From the NCBI RefSeq assembly GCF_009914755.1, contig NC_060926.1: a stretch of DNA of 64,000 nt, one strand, 5' to 3'. This DNA is from the human T2T-CHM13v2.0 reference genome, Homo sapiens. A program made the position numbers and the translations under genes. Below are positions 41,849-56,595 of the stretch, piece by piece. Within the stretch, counting starts at the first letter, position 1. Each line of letters begins with the position of its first letter. The notes under the pieces were generated by a model. That model ran no database searches and was not told the origin of the DNA. It saw nothing but the letters and a program-made list of their open reading frames with translations.

Positions 41849-44004
41849 AATCATACCAAGGTAACTTAATCCTTAGGTCAGGCATTATGGCTGTGTGTTC
41901 TCCTCTTCCATTTTTAGATTATCAAGGATTCCATGGTACTACACAGAAACCACATGAGTAGATACAATTTTAATATACAGTGTAGTAAAACCTGACTCAA
42001 CTTTCCACCCTTGGGAACAGAATAATCAGTTCCTTAGTAGAGGCGGTCTTTAACAAAAGGTCAAATAAAATTGTTCTGGAGACCTTGGGAAGCTTTAAGT
42101 AGTTGCTTTCGACAGGGAGCTACTTATAGAAGGTGAGTCCGTTGTGAAGGTGTCACCTTGCCTCCATGGAAATCAGATAACCCCATATCCACCCCCTCTG
42201 CCTTCTGCTTCACTTCCCTCCAACCCACATCCCCATTCATACACAAAGGCAAAAAGTTATAAATGTTGTGAAAACTTTAGTTTCAGAATATACAATAATG
42301 ATTCTACTTGAATGAAAAAAAAGACTATGCTTCATATAGACAGCATTCATTCTTATGCACTGTCACTGAGAGACTCAGCAAAAGGCTGGTCAGTTGCAAC
42401 AAGAAACTTCTATGTGGTCTGAGGTTGAAATTTCAAGTTAGATGAAAGCACAGATGTTATTTGTGGGTAAAAACTCTGAATTGTTTCATAACGGTAGCTA
42501 GTTTCCTGAAAGCTTTTTGAAAAATGTTGGGATACAGTATCTCCAAAAACCCTACAAGGCAGGTAAATAATGATTTTTTTTCAAATATAATTTGCTCCTA
42601 GCTTACATTTTGAAAGGCAAGATATAGTGAAACTGTAAGATTTTTGATCCTCAGGAAATGCTTTTAAGTCAATACAGTCTGAAAACAAGTTAGGGAATTA
42701 AAAAAATAAATAAATAAGCTCTCCACTAGTTTTAATGACAGAGGCTTTGGCAAAAAGAAAGAAAAAAAAAAGCCAGCACAGAAAGGCCCCTATTGATGGA
42801 ACAACAGTTGGATGATCAAGAGATGGTATACAAAGAATGCCTTCTTTGGCTAAGAGGTTGAATGAAAGATACATACAGACTCTTCAACTCCCAAAACTTA
42901 AGATTCCATGAAATCTCAATATGGCACAAGCCAAGCAGTCTTTTTAGAATAAAGAGCAAAAGAATAAAACAATGGCATACATGCAAAAGGAAATAAGTAA
43001 TCTTAGAAATGAAGCACAGCTTTTCTATTTTTAGAGGACTCTTTACCTTCTCCTCACATTTGGACCCAACTGCCTTAAGAGAATTTGCTGTGACTAGCAT
43101 TTCACAAGCTCCAGTTTTGGTGCCATAATAAATATGATAATATGTCAGAGACTATACAGTGATATACAGATGTTTGTTACTTGGAGGAATTTTCCTCAGT
43201 TATGGATAGAAATAACACTGACAGCCACAACCCAGCCTAAAAACATATCAAATTGTCTCTTAGATTAAAAAATTTCTCTTCATTGTCACCTTCATATTAA
43301 CATTTCTACTCAAGAGTGTAGTGGGAGTGTTTTTTGGAAATGGTAAGCTCTTTGAACTCTAATGATTCTTCTAAAATTAAAGTCTTTTGTCAACCATTTT
43401 AGACATTACTTTCTCAATGGATATACAGAGTGCAAAAGCACCATCTTGTGGCATAAACGAGAAAGTACTTTGGCGCAAGCCCTTCTGAGGCACATTTTTT
43501 CACACATACTTTTTATGAAATGTTTGTCAAGATTAATTCTAAGCACTTGGTATATTTCTCTAAAACAGATGGCCAAATGACTTAAGACAATTTAGCATTG
43601 AATATATTTTTAATACATTTGTATACAGATCTGATTCCAAACAAAAATCCCAGTACATAATAACTATATGAGATTCCTTAATCAAATTTGAAATAAAAAT
43701 AGAATTTAGTTTTAATAAATGGAAAATTTAGTCTTTGTGTTTTATTAGTGAAACATTGCCTGTTGATCATTTTAAATTGAAATGTCAGTTATTTGCCCAG
43801 TAAGAAGTAGCAATTTTTCTCACAGAATTAATACAGATAAAGTTTTTAAGAAATTACTATTTGTATATGAGGTAAGAATTATTTAAGTATCAACAGATAG
43901 GCTTACAGAATTTTTAAAAAAAGAAATATGTTATATATAACCATAGGATTTTTTTCTCTGTTTGACAGTACTGAATATCATCTGTCTTCTTAAATATCAC
44001 AATT

Positions 44005-44300
44005 TCATTACTATCTTATTATTGCTCCCACTTTAGCGATGGGATAACTAAAGTACAAAAAGGCCAAGTAACTTGCCCAAGTTCACCGAGCTAGGAAAAA
44101 GAAGAGCAGAATTTGAAGAAAAACTCCAGGTCCTCCTCTATTTTTCTAGTGGTTTCCAAACCCCAGTCCACAGGCATAGCTGGACTGACTGCACTGGGAT
44201 TGCAAGGAATGCATTTCAAATGCCAGGGGATTCTGATTTAGTAGATAGGTTATGACATCCAATAATCGGTATTTTTTAAAAAACTTCCTGTGATTCTAGT
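44005..44300. mobile_element. MIR (-) followed by MER5A-like MITE
   Basis: aagtaacttgcccaagttcac; tagtggtttccaaac...gattctgatttagtagat...tgtgattcta. Confidence 0.6.
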
Positions 44301-45260
44301 AAAGAAAACTAGCCTATGTAAGCTAAAGAAAATGGGCACGATAATTACAGACATATAAAACTGAACATCAGTAAATTATCTTCATTTTACCTTTCAGCCT
44401 TAGATTATCTCAATTTACAACCTCACTTCAAAATCTACTACAAAACACACCTACTCTGAAAACTTTTCCTTATAAATCAAACTCTACTCTTTAATTATTT
44501 CTTCACTACACACACACATACTTAAAAGTCACATTAACAATAACCATTCATGTAGCAGAAATTGTGTTGGATGCCCTAGGTGTTTTATCATGTTGAAACA
44601 GTAACAAATACACAGTACCCTTTATATAGCCAACTGAGTTCACAGAATGCTTTCATTGAATTTCGTCCATGACTTGTATCTATAGCCAACCCATAGTCAC
44701 AACTGAGAAGCAAGTATAATTTTAACACAAATGGAAGTTGATGTTTTATTAAGGTTAATGAGTAAAATGAAAGTGAAAAAAAGAAGACACATGGTGGGCT
44801 TCATTCATTAATCAATGAATGAGTGATTATTTTGCTGAATCACATCATTATTTTCAAATAGTAGAAAAATATTTTCTCAATTTTTGTATTATTTCACAGT
44901 GTAAATTACGAACACAATACACCTTTAGATTTCATCTGCAATATTAATGTTTATCATCACATTCTTATATATAAAAATCAACAACAGTATAAATTAAGCC
45001 CAATTTATACTGTTTGCCAATTGGTATGCAGTGTATTATTATTATTTTCAACCTTTAGATATCATTGATGTAAATAATCTCAAAAGCATAGGTTGTAGTA
45101 GAATCTAGCAAAACACTTAGAAAATGAGTTTTGAGCATATGTTTCCTTTGGTTTTAACATAATTTACTTACTCAAAAGTTTATACAATTTAATTTTTAGT
45201 AATGATAATTTTTAATAATTGGATTCCCAAATTCCTTAAAATTTAAAAATTTGCTGTTGT

Positions 45261-45618
<358 letters not shown>

Positions 45619-47423
45619 TCATTCATATGTTACAGGTAAGGAAACTGAATAATCCAAGTAGTTGATTTTCCTTAAGTCTTATAGAAAATAAAAAGCAGAT
45701 CATGATTCAAATCCAGTTCTCTTCAATTCCAGTTGATACTCGTGCCCAGTTGCTATACTACCTGCCTCCCCAGTTCGCTTCTGCTATATTAATGTGTTCT
45801 TACTTACATCTTGAGTTAAAATATTTGTGAACATATTTATGTGTGAAGTTTCATTCTTCTTGGTAACCTGAATTTTGGGTCCTGTTTCCTCTAAAATCCC
45901 TCATAATATCTGACTTATTTTTAAGCATAAGTAAATTCTCAAAATTTTGTTACATGACAAAAGGAAATTAAAAAGTTAAAGGACTTATCTTGCCACTGGA
46001 GGCTTAGTGTGGACAACAGAGAGTTAAAAACTCCTAGAGAACCAAGAATCATAGAAGGCTCATACACTTTTGTAAATTTTACCTCCAGGAGCCCTACCAG
46101 GTCCTCACAGTAAATATTTAAGAAAAGTCCCCTGACGCTTCCAACAGGGAAAGGAGAAAACAAACCATTTTGAAATAAACGAGAATATTCTGTTCTTAAC
46201 AAGGCCTGCCATCAGAAGAAACTATTCTACCAGAGTCTAACTACAGGGGGTTTATTGGCGCCTAACCTACCTGGAGGAAGGGAAATAGCCAACTCCAAGC
46301 AACTCTAGCCATTCTGTTACACCAAAGGGGCCGGGGTGGGAGGGGTGGGGCTGGATGCAAGAGGACGGTCTAAGAAGCACTGGTGAAGTTTACAGTTCAG
46401 GGGCATAGGCTTACCAGACGTCAGAGACCTAACTATAGGACTACAGAATGCTTCTCTCTGCCTACACTTTACAGTACGTTACTAAAAACCTATTTATCAA
46501 TTTGTATTATTTAGTACGTCAAATCCACCTTAAAAGAAAATTTAACAAGAAATACTAAAAGGTTAAAAACACAATTTGAAGAGACTGAATAAGCATCAGA
46601 ATCAGTCAGATATAGCAGGAATGTTGAAATTAGCAAACTAGGAATTTAAAAATATACATATATATGATTAATATGCTACAGGTTTTAAGGCAAAAAGTAG
46701 ACAACATGCAAAAACAGATAATGTAAACAGAGATATGAGAATTCTAAGAAATAATTAAAAAGAAGTGCTAGAGATAAAAAAATTGTAATAGAAATAAAGA
46801 ATGCTTTTGATAGGCTCATTAATAGACTGCGCACAGCTGAGGAAAGAATCTCTGAGCTTAAGGATATGGCAATAGAAACTTTTAAAACTGAAAAGCAAAG
46901 AAAAAAAGACTGAACGAAAAAAATGAACACAATATCCACAAACTGTGGGACAACTATGAAAGGTGTAACATATGCATAATGGGAATACAAGAAGGAGAAG
47001 AAAGAGAGAAAGAAACAGAAGCAATATTTGAAGTAATAATGACTGAGAATTCCCACCAAAGTAATGGCACACATCAAATCATAGATCTGGGAAACTCACA
47101 GAACACTAAGAAAGACAAATGCAAAAACAAAAACAAAAATAAAACAAAATGACACCTATGCATATTATATTCAAACCTTGGAAAATTAAAGATAAAGAAA
47201 AAAAACACACCTAAGCACATTTAAAAGAATATAAGTCATATTATGTCTGCTCTCAAACCACAATGGAATTAAACTAAAAATCAATATCAGAAAGATAACT
47301 AGAAAATTCTAAAATAATCAGAGATTAAACAACACGCTTCTAAACAACACATGGATCAAAGAAGAAACCCCAATGGAAATTTTAAACATTTAGGAATAAA
47401 TGTAAATGAAAATACATTTTCTT

Positions 47424-47776
47424 GGCTGAGCGCAGTGGATCATGCCTATAATCCCAGTGCTTTGGAAGGCCAACATGGGAGGATTGCTTAAGGCCAGGAG
47501 TTTGAGACCAGACTAGGCAACATAGCAAGACACCATCTCCACAAAAAAAAAAGAAAAAAGAAATAACTAGCCAAGGATGATGGTGTGTGCCTGTAGTCTC
47601 AGCTACTAAGGAGGCTGAGACAGGAGTATCACTTGAACTTGGGAGATCGAGGATGCAGTAAGCTATGATCATACCACTGCACTTCAGCCTGGGTGACAGA
47701 GGGGGACTGTCTATAAACAGAAAGGAAGAACAGAGGAAGGAAGGAGGGAAAGAATGTAGGGAGCAGGAAAGGAAAG
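47424..47776 (+). mobile_element. AluJ nested in L1, GA-rich tail
   Basis: ggaggattgcttaaggccagg and gctatgatcataccactg; flanks gaaaatacatt / gaaatacaatt. Confidence 0.92.
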
Positions 47777-49947
47777 AAATACAATTTATCAAAACTTGTA
47801 GGAAGCAGAGAAATCAGTGCTTAGAGGGAAATTTATGCATTGAATACATACATTATAAAAGAATAAAAATCTAAAATCAATCACATAAGCTTTAAAGAGA
47901 ATAGAAAATTAAATCAAAATTCAGCAAAAGAAACAAATAAAAATAAATCAAAATTGAAACTAGGAAATCAATTGAGAAAATCAACAAAACCTAAAGCAGT
48001 TTCTCTGAAAAGGTTAATAAAATTGATGAGCCTCTAGCTAGGCTAACTAAGAAAAAACTCTCAAATTACTAATATCAGAATGAAAGAGGGCGCATCACTA
48101 CAAATCTTAAGGACATTAAAAGGATAATAAATGAATGTTACAGACAACTATATGTACACAAAGTTGATAACCTAGATGAAATGGACCAATTCCTTGAAAT
48201 ACACAATTTACCATAACACACAAAATAAAAACTAGACTCTCTGAATAGGTCTATTTCTATTCAAGAAATTAAATCAATAATAAATAATCTTCCAAAACAG
48301 AAAACACCAGGCCCAGATGAGTTCACTGGTAAATTCTATTAAATATTTAAGGAAGTAAATATATCCATTCTCTACAATCTCCTCTAGAAGACAGAAACAG
48401 GGGGGAATACTTCCTACTTCATTCTATGAGTCTAGTATTACCTAATACCAAGTCAAGACAAAGACATTCCAAGAAAAGAAAACTGCACACAAATATCTCT
48501 CATGAATATAGGTGCAAAAATCCTCAAAAAATATTAGCAATTGGATTTAACAATGTATAAAAAGAATTACACATCACAAGTAAGTAGGAATTTGCTATAC
48601 AAGGCTGGTTCAACATTTAAATCAAGTAATATAATCAATTACATCAATAGGCTAAATAAGAAAAATCACATGACCATATCAATAGATGCACAGAAAGCAT
48701 TTAATAAAATCCAATACCCACTCAAGATAAAATCTCTCAGCAAACTAGAAATAGAAGGGAACTTTCTCAACTTGATAAAGAACATTTATAAAAATAAAAA
48801 AAAACTACAGATAACACCATACTTAGTAGCGAGAAACTCAAAGCTTTTCTTCTAAAATCAGGAAACAGGGAAAGTTATCTCTCCTCATTGCAGTTTTCCA
48901 ACATCATATTGGAGGTTCTTGCTAATGCAATAGAATAAAAAAGTAATAAGAGATATAGAGATTTTAAGAAAAAAAAACTGTTTTTGATCTATGTTGAACA
49001 TCTGAAATGATTGAAAAAAGTCTCTGGAACTAATATGCAATTAAAGCAAAGCTGTGGGATACAAGTTTAATATATAAAAGTCAATTATTTTTCTACATAT
49101 CAGCAATAAAAAATGGAATTTGAAATTAAAAACATATTACCATTTATATAAGCACTCAAAAAATAAAATACTGAGGTATAAATCTAACAAAATAGTATAA
49201 AATTTATATGAGGAAAACGATAAAACTCTAATGAAAGAAATAAATGTGGAGGCATTCCATGTTCATAGGTAGGAAAACTCAATATTGTGAAGTGGTCAAT
49301 TCTTCCCAACTTGATCTATAGATTCAACATAATTCCAATCAAATCCCTAGCAAGTGATTTTACGGATACTGACAAACTGATTATAAACTTTATATGCAGA
49401 GGTAAAAGACCCAGAATAGCCAACTCAGTATTAAAGGAAAAGAATAAAATTGGAAGACTGACACTACTTGACTTCAAGATTTACTATAAAGCTACAGTAA
49501 TCAAGACGGTGTGGCATTGGTGAAATTAATTCAAATATGGATCATCATAGGCCTAAATGTAAAATGCAAAAACTATCAAACTCTAGAAGATAACATAGGA
49601 GAAAACCTAGATGACTTTGGCTATGGCAATGACTTTTTAGACACACCACCAAAGGCACAATTTATGAAAGAAATAATGGATAAACTAGATTTCATAAAAA
49701 TTAAATACTTCTGCTTTGTGAAAGACAATGTCAAGAGAATGAGAAGCCAAGTCACAGACCGAGAGAAACTATTTACAAAAGACACATCTGACAAAGGGCT
49801 GTTATTCAAAATATACAAACTCTTAAAATTCAACAAGGAAAGAGACAATCCAATTAACAAATGGACAAAAGACCTGAACAGACACTTTACCAAAGGAGAT
49901 ATACAAACGGCAAATAAGCATATGAAATGTTGTCCATCATCACATGT

Positions 49948-50298
49948 TGTCTTAGTCCATTTTGTGATGCTATAACAATACCTCAAGGTGGGCAATTTAT
50001 AAACAACAGAAATGGATTTTCTCATAGTTCTAAAGGCTGGAAGTCCAAGATGAAGGCACTAGCATTTGGTGTATGGTGAAGGCCTCTTGCTGGATCTTCA
50101 CATGGCAGAGGTAGAAGGTCAAGATAGCAACCTACCCAAATGCCCTGTGAAGTCTGTCTTATAAGGGCCTTAATCCCCTTAATCCCATTAGAAAGGAAAA
50201 AACCCTCACAGCCTAATCATCTCTTAAAGGTCACATTTCTTAATATTATCACATTGGCAACACCTGAATTTTGAAGGGGACACAATCAAACCATAGCA
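49948..50298 (-). mobile_element. MST/MLT1A-type MaLR solo LTR nested in L1 ORF2
   Basis: tgtcttagtccattttgtgatgctataaca...ggctggaagtccaagatgaaggcac...aaaccatagca. Confidence 0.85.
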
Positions 50299-52021
50299 CA
50301 CATGATTAGAAAATTGCACATTAAAACAATATACAAATATACAACTATTAGAATGACCAAAAAACAAAATACTGACACAAACAAATACTGGCATGGATGT
50401 GAAGTAACAGGAGTTCTCATTCATTGCTGATGGGAATGCAAAATGGTACAACCACTTTGGAAGACTGTTTGGAAGTTTCTTCAAATCTAAACATACTCTT
50501 TCCATATGATCCAACAATTATACTCCTTGGTATTTACCCAAGTGAACTGAAATGTATTTCTACCCAAAAGTCTGCACATGGATATTTATAGCAGCTTGAT
50601 TCATAATTGCCAAAATGTGGAAGCATCCAAGATATCCTTCAGTCAGTGAATGGGTAAATAAACTGTGATACATATAGACAATAGGATATTATTTATTACT
50701 AAAAATTGAGTTATGAAGCCATGAAAAGACATTGAGGAAATTTAAGTGCATATTACTAAGTGAAAAAAGCCAATCTTAAAAGGTTACATAGTATATGACT
50801 ACAACTATATGACTTTCTGGAAAGAGCAAGATTATGGAGACAGTTAATGATCAGTGATTTCCAGGGTTTTGGAGGAAGGAAGGCATAAATAGATAGGACA
50901 CAGAGGATTTTTAGGACAGTAAAACTATTCTGTATCATACTAAAATGGTAGATACATGTCATTATACAGTTGTTCAAAACCATAGAATGTACCACTCCAA
51001 GAGTGAACCATAATTTAAACTGTGGACTTTGGGTGATACTGATGTGTCAATGTAGGTTCATTGATTGTAACAAATGTACCCCTCTGGTGTGGGATGGTGA
51101 TAGTGGGGGAGACTGTGTGTGTGTGGTGATAGGGGTATAAGGAAACTGTACTTTTCACTTAATTTTGCTCTGAACCTAAAACTGCTCTAAAAATAAAGTT
51201 TACTGATTTTTTTAAAAGATACATTAAAAAAAGAAATGAGAAAAATCCCTCTCTTCATCAACAATTTGGTTATCCTGAGACAGAATTCACACAACAAAGT
51301 CAAGATAAACAAGATAAACATGTTTTCTTTCCTGTTACTCACAAATTCTCAGAATAATGAGATATTCTCTTGTGTCCTTCAAAGGTTAACTGATCTTCTT
51401 TAAATATTAATATAAAGATGGGGTAATAATATATAATAGAAAAAATCCATGCCCTTTCTCTGTAAACCAGACACATAAAAAATTTTAAAACTCATTATTT
51501 TGTATTGTTATATTTTTGGAATAGTTTGTCATGTGTATTCAAAGCACTTGATGGAAGGATACAGCAGGAATTGAACATTGCCATAACACCTATATTCAAA
51601 ATGCTAGTGGCACTAGTTGTTCAGGTAACCTTGAGATTGTATCTTAACCTCTCTTAATTTTACTTTCTCTATCTGTTAAATAGGCCTAATAATACTTTTT
51701 TATGAATAGTAGACATCATAGATCTCAAACATTTGGTGGTTGGCCAAAAAATATATATTACCAAAGAAGACTTTCATTCATGATACACAACCATGGGACA
51801 ATCTACTTCATTTTCCCTGCCTCTGGGACTATAATTTTCGAAACAGCCAAAAGAGGGAAATGTCTATCAAATGTTTACAGTTAGTCAAGAATGTTTAAAT
51901 AACTTTTCTTAGGTAACTACAAGTTAAGTAGCTCTTAATTAGTAGGAAGCACTCTATTTTTATAGGCCAAATCTCAGACACTTTTGTTTTAAAGACAAGT
52001 AAATAATCAGAGACTATAGAT

Positions 52022-52250
52022 AAGTGTTTTTCAGCCTTGGCATTACTGGCATTTGGGGGTCAATACTTCTTTTTTATGGGGGGCTGTCCTGTACATTATA
52101 TGATGTTTAGCAGCATCTCTGGCCTCTCTATAGACTAGATGTTGATAGCAAATCCCCTAACCACACAGTTGTGACAACCAAAATTGTCCTCCAGACATTG
52201 CCAAATGTCCCTGGGATGGAGAGAGTGGGCAAAATCACTTCCAGCTATAG
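52022..52250. mobile_element. MER20 hAT MITE
   Basis: ggggctgtcctgtacatt...gtttagcagcatctctggcctct...gttgtgacaaccaaaa...ccagacattgccaaatgtccc. Confidence 0.88.
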
Positions 52251-52612
52251 AGGAATGGTGACCTTCAAAAGTAAAGGGTAAAAGCACCTCAACCTTCATT
52301 TTTAAGAATAATTGTCCTCAATACTACTTTTTCTGACAGGATTTTTTGACCAGAACTGACTTTGTGGCCCTTCTTTGAAATGTTTCCTGGTTTTCAATTA
52401 TCTGGAAGTGTAAGTGACAAAAAACTAGGTTTAAGTTATTTTGAACCATTATATTCACATCTAGTTTTGCCTTCTTCTACTATTGGTGATTTGTTACAGT
52501 GATAATGATACTACGTAGAATAAATATGTTCTAATTTGATTATTTCACTAAACATTGAATATAATCATTAAAATTAGATTGTGGTGCAAAGATATTTCAA
52601 ATAATCATTTTA

Positions 52613-52674
52613 TTTATTTATTTATTTTTTGAGATGGAGTCTCACTCTGTTGCCCAGGCTGGAGTGCAGTGGCG
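52613..52674 (-). mobile_element. Extremely 5'-truncated Alu (44 bp body plus tail)
   Basis: Perfect 16-bp TSD tcaaataatcatttta at 52597-52612 and 52675-52690. Confidence 0.93.
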
Positions 52675-53339
52675 TCAAATAATCATTTTAAATAGCAAAG
52701 TATAAAGCGTTCATGTTGTATTTTGACAAATTTTCAAGGAATAGTTTGAGGATCACGAAATTGATCAGTTCCCCTTAAGTTCTCCATCAATTCTGCATAA
52801 ATGTGCACAGAGTTCTCAAAGAACCTTTGAGGGGCCCTAAGAATAAACACTTCTTTTGATCTAGCCTCTCCTCCAAGACCTCATGAAGGTCACTGTCTAC
52901 TGTCACCCTGTGTGCCAAAGCGACAAGCTTGGTCTAAATCAAAACTTGTTTTGATTAAACTTGCAGCAAGCTGTTCACCAGAATTTCTAACAAATAAGTC
53001 CTTCTGTTCACTTGCTAGAGTCGTGATCAACGGGAGCCAAAATAAAAATGCTGTCAGTCCATGAGATTCTTTAGTCAGTGAAGAAGAGAAAGATTGGGTC
53101 ACTGCTCTGGCAATGTGCTTACCAATAGCTTAAAGTGCGCATATGACAGAAAAAAAATTTTTTTTTCTCTAAAAGCCAACTTCTCATATCATGTTTTAGT
53201 ATGTGGTTATACATTTTAATGTCCATGTCAAATATATATAAATATATATATATATATATATGCTGTTATTCAAGACTTTATCATAACAAATTACCGTGCT
53301 CTCCCAGAAATGACTATAAGTAAAAAGGAAGAAAAAGTT

Positions 53340-53718
53340 TAGTACTAAATTCTAGTATAATTTTCTAAAGACTGGAGATAAGATCGGAGAGGGGAGGAAG
53401 AAGATGTCAGGTTATTTCTCCTGTCTCTCTCTCACTCATGGAGAATATCCACCAGAGGCTTTAGCTCTTCCTTGGCTCCACTGCTATTAGAATGCCGCTC
53501 CATCCTTGCTCCAAGGTTCTAGGTTCTGACAACACAGCCCCTCCTGCTGTCGCTCCAATCCTTGGGGCAATAGCAGCTTCTTAATGTTGCTAACCTCTGG
53601 GACACCTCTTTAGCTTCTTAGCTTTTATATCACTTGCATAACCAATTTTCTGAATTAAATCCTATGTGTTGAAAGATTTTGTGTGATTTTGTTTCCCTGA
53701 CTGCACCCCAACTGATAA
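53340..53718 (+). mobile_element. Old ERVL LTR (LTR33/LTR41-like)
   Basis: tgttgctaacctctggg...attaaatcctatgtgttgaaa...tttgtttccctgactgcaccccaactgata. Confidence 0.5.
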
Positions 53719-54233
53719 AAATAACTGCTGTGTCTTCTAAGTTCTACAAGAGCAGAAGCACCCGGTATGTCCCAGCTGCTTAGTGGGCACGCAGTAAGTG
53801 TTTCTGTTGGATGAATGAAAAGAGCCTTACAATTTACTGACAAAATGGAGGCTCCCTGCTTGCCAAAAATAATTCTCTATTCATATTTAAATCTTCTATC
53901 TTAGCCAGTAATTTTTAAAAAATCATTGTCGTTCTCTTCTATACTATTTTTTCAACCTTCTTACTGTGAAATAAAACATAGACAGAAACTCAAACAAAGC
54001 AAGTGAATTATTATAGGCAAATTCCCTTGAACCACCACCCAGGACAAGAAATAGAATTTTTCCAGCCACTCCAAAAGCCCTTCCATGTGTCCTATCTCAA
54101 TCATAGCCACCTCTCTGCTTTCATGGGTAACAAGTATTCTGATTTTTATAGTGCTCGCTTTGTTGTTTTTTTTTATGGTTTTATTCATGAAAGTATGTAT
54201 CTACATACACTACCATTTCATCTTGCCTAGTAA

Positions 54234-54614
<381 letters not shown>

Positions 54615-56549
54615 TCCAGTCTCTTCTAATCTACAGGTTACTCCTCCATCACTTTCTTTTCCTTATAACATAACTTTTGAATAACCTGGGTCATTGAGAG
54701 GTTTCCACAGTTTGGACCTTGATGATACTATACTAACGATGTAGTATAACACATTCTTTTGCATTCTGAATTTCCTTCAAATTAACTCCTGGATCCTGAG
54801 GTTCCATCAGACTCAGCCTATGCCTTTGGCAAAGCCGTATGTGGTGGTGTGTTCTTTAATCAGGAAGTATATCATGCCTGGTCTTTGCTCTTTCTGTAAT
54901 GTTAGCAGCTGTTAATGTTCAATGCCCAGATCCATTAATTCACTCCAGTTGCAACATGTAGATATTCTAATTTCATCACTGAGTTTTCATTGAGTAGCTG
55001 GAATAATTTTGTACAGACATTTTCCCCTTCATCTACTCTTTGGCTATTTGTGTTGCAGTTCTTACAGGGAAGGCAGAATAAAGGTGACTGTAAGCAAAAA
55101 ATCTGATAAGAATCTCATTTTCCTTCCCTTAAAAAATATATACACTTTTGGTCCAAATACCAAAAAGACCGTTTTTTGTTTGTTTGTTTGTTTTTTGAGT
55201 CCAGTAGTTTTACAAGAATTGTTGTTGGCCATTTGAGATTGATATTTTCCACTACATGCTGTGCTTTCCAGTGAATAATGACTGGCTCTTTGGATCTCCT
55301 TTCTCAAATCCATCAGATTCCCAGTTATTGTGTCTTTCTCCTGCACATTCAATAGCCTGATGAATTTATGGCCGTTGATGGTCTGTGCTTATCCATGTTT
55401 GTTTTGATACTTTGTCAGCTAGTTTTGTGGTAAATACTGTTCATGGGTTTTGACTTTTGATATTTAGCTGCTCTGTTGATTTAAATGCAGATTCAGAAAG
55501 ATTCAAAACCTTAGACTGCCACTGTTGGCTTTATGTTCCCCGAATTCTCTGCAATTCTATTTTTGTAAACAAATACATTTTTCATTAAACACACATCAAT
55601 TTAAGTATAATTTAAATACAATAAAATTCACCCTTTTTAGTTTATAGTTTTATGATTAATGTATGCATTCATATAATCAACATCACAATCAGCATATGGA
55701 ACATTTCTATTTACTCACAAAAGTTTCCCAGGGGTCCTTTGCAGTTAATCCTCTCTTACCACCACCTGTCCCTGGCAACCCCTTTCTGGAATGTCATACA
55801 CATGGAATCATATAATATGTATTATTTGGTGTCTTGTTTATTTCACTGAACATAATGCTTTTAGATTTATTTATAGTTTTGCATGTATCAACAATTTGTT
55901 GATTTTGTTGCTGAATAATATTCTCTTGTGGGGTTGTACTACAATTTGTTAATCTGTTCATCAATTGATGAACATTGGTTTATTTCCAGGTTTTAGCTAT
56001 TACAGATGAAATTGCTAGGTTCGCATACATATATTTGCAGAGATATATGTTCTTATTTCTCTTAGTTCTTAATTTTATTTTTCTAGGCACAGGAGTTCTG
56101 ATATATATTTAACTTTACAAGACACTACCAAACTGTTTTCCAAAATGGCCATACCATTTTGCTTTAGCTCTGGATTCCCGTTAGTTCTACAGTCTTGCCA
56201 ATACTTATTTTCATGTTAATTTCAGCCAAGTTAATAGGTACGTAGCTGTATCTGTGGTTTTAATTTGCATTTTCACAATGAATAATAATGTTCAGTCCCC
56301 TTTCACGAGCTTGACAGTTGTATATTTTCTTTGATGAAATGTCAAGTCTTTTTGCTTTTTTATGGGATGTTTGTCTTATTATTGAGTTGTAAGATTGTAT
56401 TATGTATTCTGGATACAAGTCTTTCAAAAGATGTGTTTTGCAAATATTTTCCCCAATCTATAGCATGAATTTTCACTGTTTAAATAGTGTCATTCAAAAA
56501 ACAAATGTTTTCATTATGTAAAGTCCAACTTATTAATTTTCCTTTATGG

Positions 56550-56550
<1 letters not shown>

Positions 56551-56593
<43 letters not shown>
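56551..56593. repeat. (TG)~21 microsatellite
   Basis: Uninterrupted TG run. Confidence 0.97.

Positions 56594-56595
<2 letters not shown>

Larger units (their letters stand above)
45985..51235 (+). mobile_element. Old L1 (L1MC-like) with 5' region, ORF1 remnant, ORF2 remnant and 3' UTR; internally deleted
   Basis: ORF2 peptides KNHMTISIDAQKAFNKIQYP and LTLLDFKIYYKATVIKTVWHW; 3' end ttttgctctgaacctaaaactgctctaaaaataaag; many stops and frameshifts. Confidence 0.9.

Noticed and set aside
48541-49975. Reverse-transcriptase-like ORFs as an active element or novel RT system
   Set aside because: Short fragments of a degenerate L1 ORF2 with stops, frameshifts, deletions and nested insertions.
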